Assembly: GCF_009914755.1 (NCBI RefSeq)
Contig: NC_060925.1
Reading direction: 5' to 3' (one strand)
DNA length: 64,000 bases
DNA from: the human T2T-CHM13v2.0 reference genome, Homo sapiens
Part shown: piece by piece, positions 31,089 through 45,937 of the stretch
How the letters are laid out: each line of letters begins with the position of its first letter
How positions within the stretch are numbered: position 1 is the first letter of the stretch
The notes under the pieces: generated by a model
What the model saw: only the letters and a program-made list of their open reading frames with translations
Database searches by the model: none
Told to the model about the DNA's origin: nothing
Program-made: the position numbers and the translations under genes

Positions 31089-32466
31089 CAGAACACTGAT
31101 TTAACAATTTCCCCGGAGCTCCGCGTCCCCAGCCCCGGGGCAGAGAAACTCTGCCAACTCCCTCTTCCTTGATAATTTTCTGCAAGGGAGGGCCTGCGCT
31201 CCATGCCAGTTTTAAGGCCGAAAATGTGTCTCCTGAATAACCAGAGAGAGAGAAGCTGGAGAGACTCCCCGGCCCAGTGGGGGACTGCAGGGCTGGGGAG
31301 GGGCGGGGGTCAGGGTGCCGGGCTGTCCTCCCCATCCAAGCCACCTCCCAGCAGACACAGCCCCCACGCTGCTTCCTACGTGGCCCACGCAGGACTGTGG
31401 GGCAGAACCCCGGGGCCTGGGCTGTGGGGTGAGCGCCCCCGCCTTCCCGGGGGCGCTGGGCACAAGACCTCGCGAGTGAGAAGACACATGTGGTGCCGCG
31501 GGCATGGCTGGTGTAAGGCTGCCCGGCACGGGTACCAGGCCCCGGAACGGAGGAAGGCACTGAGCGTCAGGCGGCCTAGAGGCCAGGGGTAGCTAGAAGA
31601 CTCCCTGGGGGCTGTGTCGGGGACAGGCCTGAGCTGCAGAGTCGAAGGAGCAGTTCCCTCCTCTGCAAAGCAAACAGAGGAGGCGGCCCTGGAGGGCCGG
31701 GGCAGCGGACTCCCTTTGGGATTTCTGGCCCCCAAGAGCTGAGGGAAAGAATATAGGGGAAGAAACTTCAAGTCCGTTTCCAGGAGGCAACAGCAAAAAA
31801 TAAAAATAACAAAATAATAAATAACTGAAGTATTTCTGACCATCTCCCCAAAGGAATCTTTCTAGCAGCTCCACCTTGGCCCCATCCAAAAGGGACCCCA
31901 GGGAACTGTTGGGGCCAGTTGGGGCTATCTGCGGGTTGCCAGAGGGTTAAGGGTTAGCTGCAAGGCCCAGCCGCCCACACCTGGTTTCCTTAGCTACCTG
32001 AGGACTTATCTTTTTGGGCTCAGAGGCAGGTGCAGTGGCTCTAGAGGCTGGGCTGGGAGAAGCGGGGAGGCCAGCTCCTCGGAAGGGTGGGATGGGGCCA
32101 GGCTGCTGCACCTCCCCACAGGGCTCCACCACTGGGCCAAAGGCCTGAGAAAGGGGCAGAGCCGGTTCAGCAGGAGACAATGTGGCCACGACTGCCAGGA
32201 GGGGAACAAGAAGGGATAATGCCCTTTGGCTTCACAGCTTAATTTCCTCCCCAGCCTCTCTCTCACCCAGAGGCTCCTGAGAGGCAGGGGAGGGATGAGG
32301 GAACAGTGTCCTGTGGGAAGGCCAAGGGAGAGGGAGGAGGGCAGGAGAGGGGGCCACGCCCTCTGTCCCCAGAGCAGCTGGCCCCATCGGCCGGGTCACA
32401 GCTTCCCTTCCATGGTGTCCAGGCTGCTGGGGTCGAGGGTCCGGGGGCATCCCTCTGACCTCACTC

Positions 32467-32524
32467 CTAGGGTGGGCCGCTGTGGGGTAACCGCCGGACA
32501 CTCCAGAACTTCACCGTCAGGTCA
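32467..32524 (-). CDS. KIF21B: KIF21B terminal coding segment, distal acceptor (short C-terminus)
   Basis: ccccag|T GAC CTG ACG...; SDLTVKFWSVRRLPHSGPP*; same phase as the proximal acceptor; TAG at 32469-32467. Confidence 0.87.
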
Positions 32525-33040
32525 CTGGGGTGGAGGACAAAGTGGAGGGGTGCCGGTCAGCTCTTGCAGTGGGCTTGGCTGGCTGCCCCCAAAAGTAGAG
32601 GATGAACTGGATTCCCCAAACTCCCCAAATGTGGTTGGGGCTGGGAGGCAAGCATGGCTTACGGGGAGGTGGACTGCAGGTGGTGGGGTGCTGGGCAGAT
32701 GGAGAGGCCTGTGCACTCAGAGGCCCCCAGGGGAGCTTTGTCATGGGTTTTCTTTTTTTGGGGGGGTGTTTCGTTTTGTCCAGGCCTGAAGGCTCCCCCT
32801 TCTGCTCCCTGGCACCCATCTCCTGGGGCCTGTCCCACTGTTCATGCTTGGAAAAGGACGGTGGGTGCAGGAGGGACAGGCAGGGCACCTCTCTAGGCCA
32901 GGCAGGACAGGAAGGGAAAGGAAGAAGAAGGAGTAAAATAATCTCATACCGTTAAGAAGCAGCTCAGATCGAAGTGGGGAAAGAGAGGGAAAAGGAAAGA
33001 GGGGAAGAATGAAAGAGGAGACAGGGAGAGTTGGGGAGGG

Positions 33041-33140
33041 TCAGGGCAGGGTGGTGGCGCGGCCCTTTATGGCCAGGACTCGGCGAGGAAGGCAGGGGGT
33101 GAGTCCAGGGACGTAATTCCACAACTTTACCCGGCAGTCA
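33041..33140 (-). CDS. KIF21B: KIF21B terminal coding segment, proximal acceptor (long C-terminus)
   Basis: cacacag|T GAC TGC CGG...; [33 protein letters not shown]; TGA at 33043-33041. Confidence 0.9.
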
Positions 33141-33655
33141 CTGTGTGGGGAGAGAGGCGAGGACAGAGAGGAGAGGTGGGAGGAGATGGGAAGGGGAGGG
33201 GAGAGAAGGGACAAAGTCGGAACAAGAAAGAAAGCCATCTGAGTCGCACCCCATGGGACAGAGGGCCTGGCTGCTCCCCACACAGGGGGCCAGAGCGGGT
33301 GGGTGGGGTGTAAGAGGCGTGGTCTGGGGCTGGCAGGGCTGCTCTGTGCTCTGAGAGATACCTGCACGGGGGAAGACAGCCAGGGCAGGGGAGGGTAGGA
33401 AGGGCTTGGAGACAAGCGGGCGAGGCTTGGCCCAGGGCCCAGTACCTTCCTCCTCCCCTGCCTAGCGCAGTGCCCAGCACATGGTGGGCACTCACTGAAG
33501 GCTGGCACAGGCTAGGTATGCAAAGGAGGCCACCATGGAATCTGCTCTGTGAACCGAGCCTGCGGGGACAACTGCAGGGCCCTGAGCCTCCCAGCCTCCC
33601 CTGCCCACACCAGGAGATGAGGGAGCAGAGGCAGACCTCTCTGACCAGCACCCAC

Positions 33656-33855
33656 CTGGAGGCTGTGAAGATATGCTTGGCATTGGTGCAGATGGCATTG
33701 ATGGGACTGTCGTGGCCCTTGATCTCACCGATGGGTGTGAAGTTGTCCACGTTCCAGACCTTGATGACACCCGCACGGCAGGCGCTGAGCAGCATGGGGC
33801 GGCCCGGGATGAAGGCCAGGGCGCACACCCAGTCCTTGTGCGCATTGGGGATTTG
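33656..33855 (-). CDS. KIF21B: KIF21B penultimate exon, WD40
   Basis: [18 protein letters not shown]...[20 protein letters not shown]; 200 nt. Confidence 0.95.
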
Positions 33856-34440
33856 CTGTGAGAGGATCAGGGCTGGTGAGGGCTGGGGGAGGTGATGAGG
33901 GAGAGAACCTGCCCCAGGGCCCCTCTTGCTAGTAGTGGAGCTACTTCCAGGCTCCCCTGGCCTCTAGAGCTGCCACACGGGCGGGTGACACTGGTTCCAG
34001 GAGCCATGCTGGGGTGGCCTGTGCTGTGGGCTTTAGGGGACCAGAGATGGGTCCCTCTGCTCTACTTCCCAGGTTCAAGCCTAAGATCCTGCCCTGGCAG
34101 AGAACCCTTCAGCCCTCACACGGGTCAGGCTAAAACACAAATGCTCCCAGGAAAGGAATTGGGTAACTGAGCTTCACATGCAAACCCAAGAGCTGAGAGC
34201 AAAGGCTTTGCTGAGAGCAGGTTGCCTAAGAGGGAGATGTGGCATCAGGAGAGGCCGCGGGTAGGGAAGAAGGGAGGATGGAGACAGAGGAGGAAGAGGG
34301 AGAACAGGAGGGCTTGGGGAGCTGTGAAAACCATCTGGCCTGGGGCCCGCGAGTCCAGGTCCCAGGGTCTCCAAGGCCCTGCGTGGGCTATGGAAACCAC
34401 CCTACCCGAGTCTACCCTCTCCCTTTCCTCCTGACCCCAC

Positions 34441-34611
34441 CTGGATGAGCTCCTGCTGGTCTAGGTCCCACTTCTTGATGCCGTTATCTCGGGAGCCACT
34501 GAACAGGATGTCTCCCTGGATGGCGAGACACTCGATGCCATCGTAGTGCGGGGGCTCGAAGTTGTGAGTGGGGCCGATGGTGCCCGTCACACACTCGCCC
34601 AGCTCGAACAT
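34441..34611 (-). CDS. KIF21B: KIF21B exon, WD40
   Basis: [57 protein letters not shown]; 171 nt. Confidence 0.95.
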
Positions 34612-34979
34612 CTGTGGGAGGAGGGGCCAGTAGGGAGAGGCCAAGTGGGAGGAGGGAAGGCAGGGCCTACAGCACTGTGGACCCAGAGGCCTGAAGACCC
34701 AGGAGTCTGGCTAGGGTGACAGCCACTGCCCTCTGGGGAGAGGAGCTTCCCAGCAGGCGAGGGTTCCTGGAGGTGGGGCTGCTCCTTCTAAGGGACTGGG
34801 AACATGGAAGGTTCAGATCTTGACCCTTCCTGTGGATACTGGGGCAGGGGTGGGAGGAGACCAACTCAAGTAATGCAGGGGTGAATCAGCTCATCACGCC
34901 GAGACCCCACAGCTCAACAGGCAGCTGCTAAGGAGAAGGGTGGGTTTAGGGTGTGAGCCTCCCTCTAGAATTCTTTTGA

Positions 34980-35379
<400 letters not shown>

Positions 35380-35717
35380 TAATCAGAGAGCAAACAAATT
35401 AGTGTTTGTATACTTCATGTTTGGTTTGCTATTTATCATTTTAATAGCTGCAATGCATCCCATTTAGTGGATTTTCCATAATTTGATTGTTATTCTACCC
35501 TTCAACATTTAAGTTATTATGAATTTTTCACCAGTTACAAAATAATGCTGCAATCTATAACTTTCTGCACATAAATTCTTGCCTTCTTTGGGGTGATTTC
35601 TTCAGCAGACATCCCCAGAAGTCTTATAATTTTTCATGGGTACTCCCAGGGCAACAGAGGGCAAAGATTGGGGAGAGTGGAAGACCAGCCCCGACCCAGG
35701 CCTCATAGCTGAGGTAC

Positions 35718-35835
35718 CTTAACGTAGTGGTCCTTGGAGCCAGTCACCACGAGGTCATGCTGGCTGGCCGTCTGGGTGACCGTCAGGCACATCACAGGGC
35801 CGATGTGGCCAGTCAGCTTGCCGACAGGCTGGAAC
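35718..35835 (-). CDS. KIF21B: KIF21B exon, WD40
   Basis: [39 protein letters not shown]; 118 nt. Confidence 0.95.
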
Positions 35836-36153
35836 CTGCAGTGGGAAGAGGCCCAGCCAGGGGTAGGTGAATTAGAGGGGACCCTGGGTTGGGGTGGGGT
35901 GTCTGCCCCAAAACAAATAGGCCTGGTCAGGGTACTCACCCTCCCCTCTCGCTCAAGGCAAGATCAAGAATCTAGACATGAGCTACCCTGCATCCCAGCA
36001 GTCTCACTGGAGAGGGCACAGGCCCAGCAGCATGGGGGGAATAAAGGTGTTGCTGAGGTCCTACCCACCCTGGGGTGGGTCCCCCTGAACCAAGACCTGG
36101 GGACCTTGCCTGGGAATGCCAAACCCTCCTCCCTCCCCAGGTATCACGCTGAC

Positions 36154-36318
36154 CTGCTAAGCTCCCAGATGCGGACGGCATTGCCCGAGGCGGCGTACAG
36201 CATGGTGCCCGAAGGGCTGAGGGCGATCTGGTTGATCTGATGCTCGCCCTGAGCACTGGTGATGGCACGGGTGGATGTGGCGGCACAGGCATCCCCTGAG
36301 ATCACCTGGCCCGAGGAC
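36154..36318 (-). CDS. KIF21B: KIF21B exon, WD40
   Basis: [37 protein letters not shown]...VRIWELS; 165 nt. Confidence 0.95.
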
Positions 36319-36568
36319 CTGCCCATCGGAGAAAGGCAAGGCCAGAGGTCAAAACAATCCATGTGCACAGTGCAGGAAACCAATAAAACGTCACTAAGAC
36401 CAGCCCAAATAACCTACTTCTTCCAGGAAGTCTTCCTTGACTGACAGAGAAGAGCAATAGCTTCTCCCATAAGTGAGACCCAGGGGAGAGCTCCACTCTA
36501 GTCCCCTATGAGTCAACTCCCCATGTGGCCTGCCCATGTGCCTGGTCACTGGCTTGGAAAGATGGTAA

Positions 36569-37931
<1,363 letters not shown>

Positions 37932-38476
37932 TGTTTACTTCTTAAGGATCAAATTAATAGACTGTAGCTTACAGTGTTAATGTAAGGATGTAGCATGACT
38001 TCTGCTAAAAAAAACCACTTTATTTTGCAAGGCTCTTGGTCTCAGTTCTGCCTCCCCTGCCCTATGCCTGTGTGTCTGAGACTGTCGGGGCAGGGCTCAG
38101 GGCCATGACTGGGTGGTCGCCTACACAGGCAGTGGCCAGCATGGCTTTGGAGGCTCACCCTGTTTCCTAGCTCCTCTTTCAGACTCATAGGATGATATCT
38201 AACACACCTCAAGGGGCAGGGCTTGGGGGACTGGGCTGTGGGTGGAGGCCAGGCAGGCCAAAAATTCCTCTAGTGGTGCTGCCCCAGACACTGTCTCCCA
38301 AACCAAGAGATCTCACCTTGTACCCCAGGGTCAAGCCAAGTTCATAGGCTGGTAATGGTCTCTGTGCCCATGTAGCCGGGCTGTGCTGTGCTGAGTGGGT
38401 CACTTGGGCTGGGAGCATCTGTACCCAACACAGCCTGCTGCAGCCGACCACTGTGAGGCAGGCGGGGGTTACTCAC

Positions 38477-38657
38477 GTGAGAGTCCGAATGCACTTGGCT
38501 GAGTCCCGGATGTCCCACACCTTGATGTAGGAGGTGGACACGGAGAACACAAGCCCCGAGTGGCTGCAGTACTTGATGGAGACCACGTTGTTGGGGTGGC
38601 CCTTTAGAGCTGCGATCTCCTGTCCCGTAACCAAGTTCCACATCTTGCAGCTTCGGT
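38477..38657 (-). CDS. KIF21B: KIF21B exon, WD40
   Basis: [30 protein letters not shown]...[16 protein letters not shown]; 181 nt. Confidence 0.95.
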
Positions 38658-38701
38658 CTGTGAGAGATGGGAGGAAGCCACAGGGAGGGGAGGGATGTCA
38701 G

Positions 38702-38715
38702 CCACTAGGGGGCGC
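38702..38715 (+). promoter_or_regulatory. CTCF consensus motif
   Basis: CCACTAGGGGGCGC, an exact match to the CCASYAGRKGGCRS core. Confidence 0.7.
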
Positions 38716-39199
38716 AGCTCCACCTCTGCAGGGGCTGCCCAGGATAGGGGAAAGGGATCCACAGGGCTCCAGAGGACGGAGCTCCAGGTCTGAAGAGGAA
38801 AAAAACACATACACATGTGCTCACTGGCATGTGTGTGCTAGTAAAAAACTCAGGGAAGAGAGAATTCCCTCAGAACTTCAGACCAGGGTTCCTCAAGCAA
38901 ACTTTCCACTAACACCAGAGTTTTGTGAGCCATACTGCTAAGGTGTCCAGGGCTAAAATAAAATTCTTAAGCTTTTATGGTGCCTGTTCCTCCAAACACT
39001 AATTGCTGACAAAGCAAATGAACCAGTGCAAGCAAATGTTATGGGAAAACTTGGAATCAATCAATCACACCTAGATTGACAGCTATCCCCCTACTGCCGT
39101 GGAGAGCTATATTTATGCTTGTGTTATAGTATGCGTGTCTATTACAGACTAGTTCTTTCTGTCGGTAAAATGAATGAATGAATGAGTAAATAAAGAATT

Positions 39200-39492
39200 T
39201 TGTATTTGCTTATTGAGATAGGGTCTTGCTCTGTTGCCCAGGCTGGAGTGTAATTGCACAAACACAGCTCACTGCAGCCTTGACCTCCCGGACTCAAACG
39301 ATCCTCCCACCTCAGCCTCCTGAGTAGCTGGGGCTACAGGCACATGTCATTGTGACTAATTTTTTATTTTTTGTAGAGACAGGATCTCACTATTTGCCCA
39401 CGCAGGTAGTCTCAAACTCCTGGGCTTAAGCAATTCTCTTGCCTCATGCTTCCAAAGTGCTGCAATTACAGGTATGAGCCACTGTGCCCAGC
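39200..39492 (-). mobile_element. AluJ
   Basis: Diverged antisense Alu. Confidence 0.85.
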
Positions 39493-39901
39493 CTATCTGC
39501 TGGTAAAATGTTTGACTTTGTTGCTGTAATCAGGTGAGCGTGACTTTGTAAAGTGCTGCTGCTGAGATCATAGGGAGTGCCTAGATGTATGAGCTGGGGT
39601 GATGTTGGGCAGTGCAAGTACAGGTGGGGCACCCAAGAAGCTTCCTGAAGTTTCCCTGGAAGGTCTGGAAGGAAGTGCTGGATGGAGCCACCAGGTCAGG
39701 TATGAGGGAAGGCTTGGCCAAGGATGCATGGGATGGGGGCCTTGAGCCAAGGTAAGAAACAAGGGTAGTAAGCAAATAGACCCCATATCCTCAACTCCTG
39801 GGGGCTCTATGTTCTTTTCTCCTTCACAGACCACTCTGACAAAGGAAGCAGGGGTGAGTAGGAGACCCCAACCCTACCTGGCTAGTTGGCGTTCCACATA
39901 C

Positions 39902-40038
39902 CTTTGGACCCTGTGAATAGCAACTCATCTGTGGCATCCAGGCAGAGGATGGGCTTGGTGTGGCCTTCGGCCATGGAGACACACTGCAGTGGGGCCGTCC
40001 GTGCACCCTTGGCTCCTCCAACCGGGGAGATGATGCCC
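39902..40038 (-). CDS. KIF21B: KIF21B exon, first WD40 repeat
   Basis: [45 protein letters not shown]; AAG acceptor; 137 nt. Confidence 0.94.
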
Positions 40039-41997
40039 CTTCCCGGGAGAGAGGGAGAGAAGGCATGCTCGTCAGCCAGGGAGACTGTGGCCAGGCTGAT
40101 CAAGGCACGTGTGTGGGATGGGGACAGGGCAGGGAGGGGATGAGGACCAAATAACAGAGACTTTAAGGACTCCAGCCAAATTCCACCAAGGTCTGAGAGC
40201 CGGGAACGGGCTACACAGAGTGGAGATAGCCTGTCTTAATCAGCAATCATCAGTTGCCATCCTGAGCACTTCTGGGGAAGCAAACCCGGTGTTAGGCACA
40301 GCTAGAAGGTGCAGGAGGTGTGGGCTCTGTCCACAGAGAGTTCCTATCTGACAATGTCTGACCCAGATCCTGAGATGTGAATGCGCCCGGGTCCAGCTGG
40401 GCAGGGCAGAGGCCCAGGGGCTGGAACTGGGCCCTGTAGCTTCCACCAGAAGCTGCATGCTGCTTCAGTTAACCGAGTGTGAGGGAGGGGTGCTGAGAGG
40501 GAGGGTTGCTCAGGCCATCACCCCCATGCACCCTGATCCCAGTAAACCCTTCTGCTGGTAACTGCCTCTGAGGCTAGCATCTTCCAAGCAGAGAGCCATG
40601 TGTACACATACACACTCCTTTTGGACCAGCGGGGTCAAACTTGTGACTGGCATTTACGAAGGGCTAAATCCCTTTGGGGCTGGCTTGGCTTTGGGTAGGA
40701 GGTTTGGGGCTCTCTGGAATGGGGCTGTATGGACCTGGAACAACACCTCCTCGCTCCCATGATGCTAGGGGAGCGAGAAGGAGGCTGGCCCAAGTGAGCG
40801 TGAGGGTTTTGCCACATCCAGCTTCCTGAGGTTCTGAAGATGATTTTTTTCTCAGTGAGGGTCTTTTGGGATGAGACCCTGGCTGAGTCATGTCTGAAAA
40901 TATATCCTAGCTTTGTTTCTTTTCCCAAGAGAAAGCTGCTCCTGACAGTGACTCTGGCCAAGGGTCTACTGAAATGATCAAGGTTTTGCCTGTGGCGCTT
41001 CTGGCACAGCTCCCCCCAGACTCTGCCAGGCCCACCCTTGAGGATGGTGGTCGGATACGTCCAGCTGCCAGCCAGGTGCCACACATGCACAAATAGCTCC
41101 CCAAGCTGCTCCAGCACCCTGCTTCTGACAATGGTTTGGCTTCACTGCATGGCCACAGAACTATGTCAAAGGGATCATGCTCCCCCCGATGACAGCCTGG
41201 CCAGCTGGCTAACATCTTGTGGTGGCAAAGCCTCATGATTCACAGTAAACCAGTTGTCGACACTCAGGGCTGGAGGCTCGAGGAGCTGAGACAGCCCACC
41301 AGGAGAGCCGAGGAAGCTCTCAGCCCACGAGGGGCCCTTGGCTTGTCAGGGGCTCGGGACCCCAGGTCCTGAGTCTTGCTCCTCGTTGTGCGGTGTCATG
41401 CTCGGCTGGCTGGGAGAACCAGCCTCCAGCCATCCCACAGGCTGCGGGAAGGGGAGGTACCCACACATCTGTGTGCTAACAGGTGTGGGCAAGGGGCGCT
41501 GCCCCCATGGTGCCCCTCCCCCCATGGTGCCCCTCCCAGAGCCAACGTCTGAAAAGCTCACCCCCAGCACAAGCTGAGGGAATCAAAGGACCCAGAGCAC
41601 ACCACCGGCACCCCCAAAAGGAGCAGCCTTCAGCATTTCCCCTGCCTTCCAGTCGTGGAGAACTCAGCCCCAGCCCAGCATCCCCTAGGCCTCCATGCTG
41701 CGCCCCTCCCTGCCCAGGTGAGGAGGGAGAAGAGAACAGGGCCTGCGACAAGCAACTGTGCACCCTCCCCAAGCCCCCAGCTCTAGCTGGCGCAGTCCAA
41801 GGCCTTGTGGCCACCCTGAGAGAGAGGAACCATGGGGGCAGGAACAGGTCTGGAGAGGGGGGCAGCAGGAAGGGGAGTGGAGGGGCCGCATGCTGAGGAC
41901 ACGGGTGTCAGGCGGGAGGGATGCAGCAAGAGACAGAGAAGAGAGGGTGCCGAGAGTGAGAGTGGGGAACCAAACACGAGAGACATTCTGTGTGTAC

Positions 41998-42036
41998 CTC
42001 AGGACCTCCGACAAAGAGGAGTCGCTGTCATCAGAC
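41998..42036 (-). CDS. KIF21B: KIF21B 39-nt cassette microexon
   Basis: ccccag|GTCTGATGAC...GTCCTGAG|gtacac; encodes (K)SDDSDSSLSEVL(R); phase 2-2, so it can be skipped in frame. Confidence 0.88.
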
Positions 42037-43800
42037 CTGGGGAGGGCAGAAAATTAGCTGGATTAGGGGGTGAGAGGAGACACACACAGAGGGACGCAGA
42101 GGCGGCAGCAGTGTGTGGGGTGGTCAGAGGGCAGGTTATTCTCTTCCAGCGGAGCAGAGACAGGCAGAGGAATGAGGGCCTCGGGAGAGCAGGGGAGGAG
42201 GTGGGTGGGCTGGTCTGGGAGCTGGGACTCTCCCCCAGGAGTGGGCTGCCAGGGTCTCTCGGCTGGCAAGGGAGGAGCGAGGAGGGGGCCACGGGGAGAC
42301 GTGGGAGCACCAGCCCCACACATGGGGAGACGTTTCCAGGGCTGTTTGCTGGTTCCAAGCTCTCTGGCTGCCCCATCGCACAAGCTGGGGGCACCTGCCC
42401 CACCCCAGCAATGCTCATACCTGCCCAAGGCTGAAGGAAGCCATGCCTGATCCTACCCCTCCCTGGGAGCTGGCTTCTTCCAGCAATTCCTCAGGGGCTC
42501 ACTTATTTACAAAGCCCACTATCCCTAGGGGGCCCACTGGGACAGTGCCTAGAAGTTGGCTGTGCACCATGCACAGGCTCCAAGACCTGGACCATTGGAC
42601 AAGACCAAGGCCTCCAGAAGACCATCAGACTGGGATGGGCACAGCCCTGCCCCAATCCTTCCAAAAAGGGGACCTGTTGATTGTAACAACATGGAGATGG
42701 GCTAGGAGTGATCCATGGCTCCCCCCACAGCAGCCTGAGCCAAGATAGGTTTGGGGAAGGAGGTGTCTGGGGTGCCAGGTCTGCAGGGCTCTGACTCCTG
42801 GGCTCAGCATTCATCAAGTAGTATTTTGACCCAGGAAGGGGCATTTCTGTGGAGAGGTGGGGAGGGTGGACATCAGGCACTAGGTACAAGGACAAGTATT
42901 TTCTAGTGTGAGACTCCCCTGAAGGCCACAGCACTGTCACCCCTGGGGCAGGGAAGCCTTCAGGGAGCTAAGAGAGGAGCCCTCTTGAGGGCTGCAGAGA
43001 GCAAAACAGGACCAGGGTGGGCCCAGCAATGCTGGGGAGCCCAGAGCAGCACATGGAGGATAGGGTCCTCCCCTTTCCTGAGGCACAGCAGGCAGGGGCT
43101 GGAAGTCCCAGGCTCTGGGTGCAATTCTGCCACTTTCTAGGTGAACATCCCTGGCTCCCTCTTTGAGCCTCATTTCCTCTTATGTGAAATAGGGAAGACA
43201 ATTCTCGTGGTTGTTTCATAGCCTAATGAAATCACATATATGAAAGCAGGTTGTAAAGCACAGGGAGAAAGCCTGAATGCAGGGGAGGCTGTTAACATAA
43301 ACCACACCATTAGGCAGTAGAGTCTTGCATCAGGAGCTGTGAATATAGGTGGACCTGAACCTGCCTGAGGAAGGCAGTTTGGGGGTCTGGTCTCTTTCTG
43401 CTGGGAGAATGCACAGAGAGTGGAGTGGTTGAAGCTGAAGGAAGGGGCTTCAGAGCAGACTCAAAGCAGCAGCAGAGGTGGATTAAAGGGCAGCTCTGGA
43501 GAGCCCTCAGGCACCGGCCCCATGCGACCAGCCCACCTGACTGCCCGGCCCCAATCCCTGTGGCCTCCTTCTTGCCCTCTCCTGAGGTCCTGGCATTCTC
43601 AGGGGAGGAGAAGGGCCCATGGTTAGTACAGGAAGGAGAGAAATGCCAGGAGAGGGCATCAGGGCCTCAGCTCTTGGAGGGGCTGGAACTTCAGGCTGGG
43701 GTTGGCTTGGCCACCTGAGCCCTCCTCCAGCAAGGACCATCCACAGGCTCCCCATTGCCACCTCAGTGCCCTCCCCCACTTGCCCTCCAGCCCTGCTTAC

Positions 43801-43914
43801 TTGTCCAGCGCTGACCCCTGGCTCTGATTACTGGTGAGACGAGAGAAGACATTGCGGTCATTGCGGGGCCGAGTGGGAGGGGATGATGGGGGTGTGAATC
43901 CCACATCTGTGGAC
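43801..43914 (-). CDS. KIF21B: KIF21B exon, S/P-rich linker
   Basis: [37 protein letters not shown]; 114 nt. Confidence 0.94.
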
Positions 43915-44128
43915 CTGGTGAGTCGGGACAGAGGGCAGCCTGTTAGTGACCACCCCTGCCCACAGGCCCCTACTTGGTGCTGGGCTTCCACCTTCTGCCT
44001 TGTGAGGCCCGCAGGACAGGGTCTGCTGTGCAGTATTCTCAGAGCTCAACACCCAATGAAACTCCTGGATGCTGTCTTTAAACATCAATCCTCATCATTC
44101 ACAGATTCCATATTTGGGAATTCACCTA

Positions 44129-44443
<315 letters not shown>

Positions 44444-44560
44444 TCCTCCTGCCTCCCAGCAAGGCAGGTGGCAAGAGGCCATCTTGAGCCCCTGCTTTCC
44501 CACTATTTAGCTGTGTGCCACCAAACCTCTTAATTAAGTGCATGGACCAGAAAACCCTGA

Positions 44561-45076
<516 letters not shown>

Positions 45077-45189
45077 TTTCCTTTAAATTTCTAATCTTCT
45101 CTCACACCATAAGGCCTTAAAAAGACCTGAAAGCTCCCCAGAACCTATGGTCATGAAAAGGGGCTGAAGCACATCAGTGCAATGACTAA

Positions 45190-45618
<429 letters not shown>

Positions 45619-45785
45619 TGACAGGGTGGGGAAGGGACCACTGGGTGAACCTGAATGGCTCAGTCAAGCTGGCCCAGGTTACACTGTGTACAAGATGATC
45701 AACAGAGCAGAACATCATAGCCACTCATGTAACCAAGAACTAGACTGGTGGTGACTCTGGAGCAGATTCTAGAACATGATCTCAC

Positions 45786-45860
45786 CTAATGGGCTGCCCT
45801 CGGTCGTAGGACTTCCTTCTCGTCAGCGGGGACGTCTCTGTGGCTCGAGATTGCCTAGGG
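45786..45860 (-). CDS. KIF21B: KIF21B exon
   Basis: [25 protein letters not shown]; 75 nt. Confidence 0.92.
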
Positions 45861-45937
45861 CTACAACAGAAGAGTCCAGTGAGGCCCAGACCCAACTCCA
45901 CCTCCACTCCAACCCACATTCCTGCTCCCATCCTTAC

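Noticed and set aside
30443-31204. 253-aa ORF on the KIF21B sense strand within the 3'UTR
   Set aside because: GC-rich, stop-poor sequence with no recognisable domain. Overlapping long ORFs occur in several frames, as expected by chance.
41346-41442. Acceptor-like cctccccttcccgcag downstream of the microexon (possible extra KIF21B exon)
   Set aside because: In the required phase it reaches a stop within 15 codons and has no convincing donor. It cannot be supported without RNA data.
41504-41537. 17-bp tandem duplication cccatggtgcccctccc x2
   Set aside because: A simple intronic slippage duplication with no sign of function.
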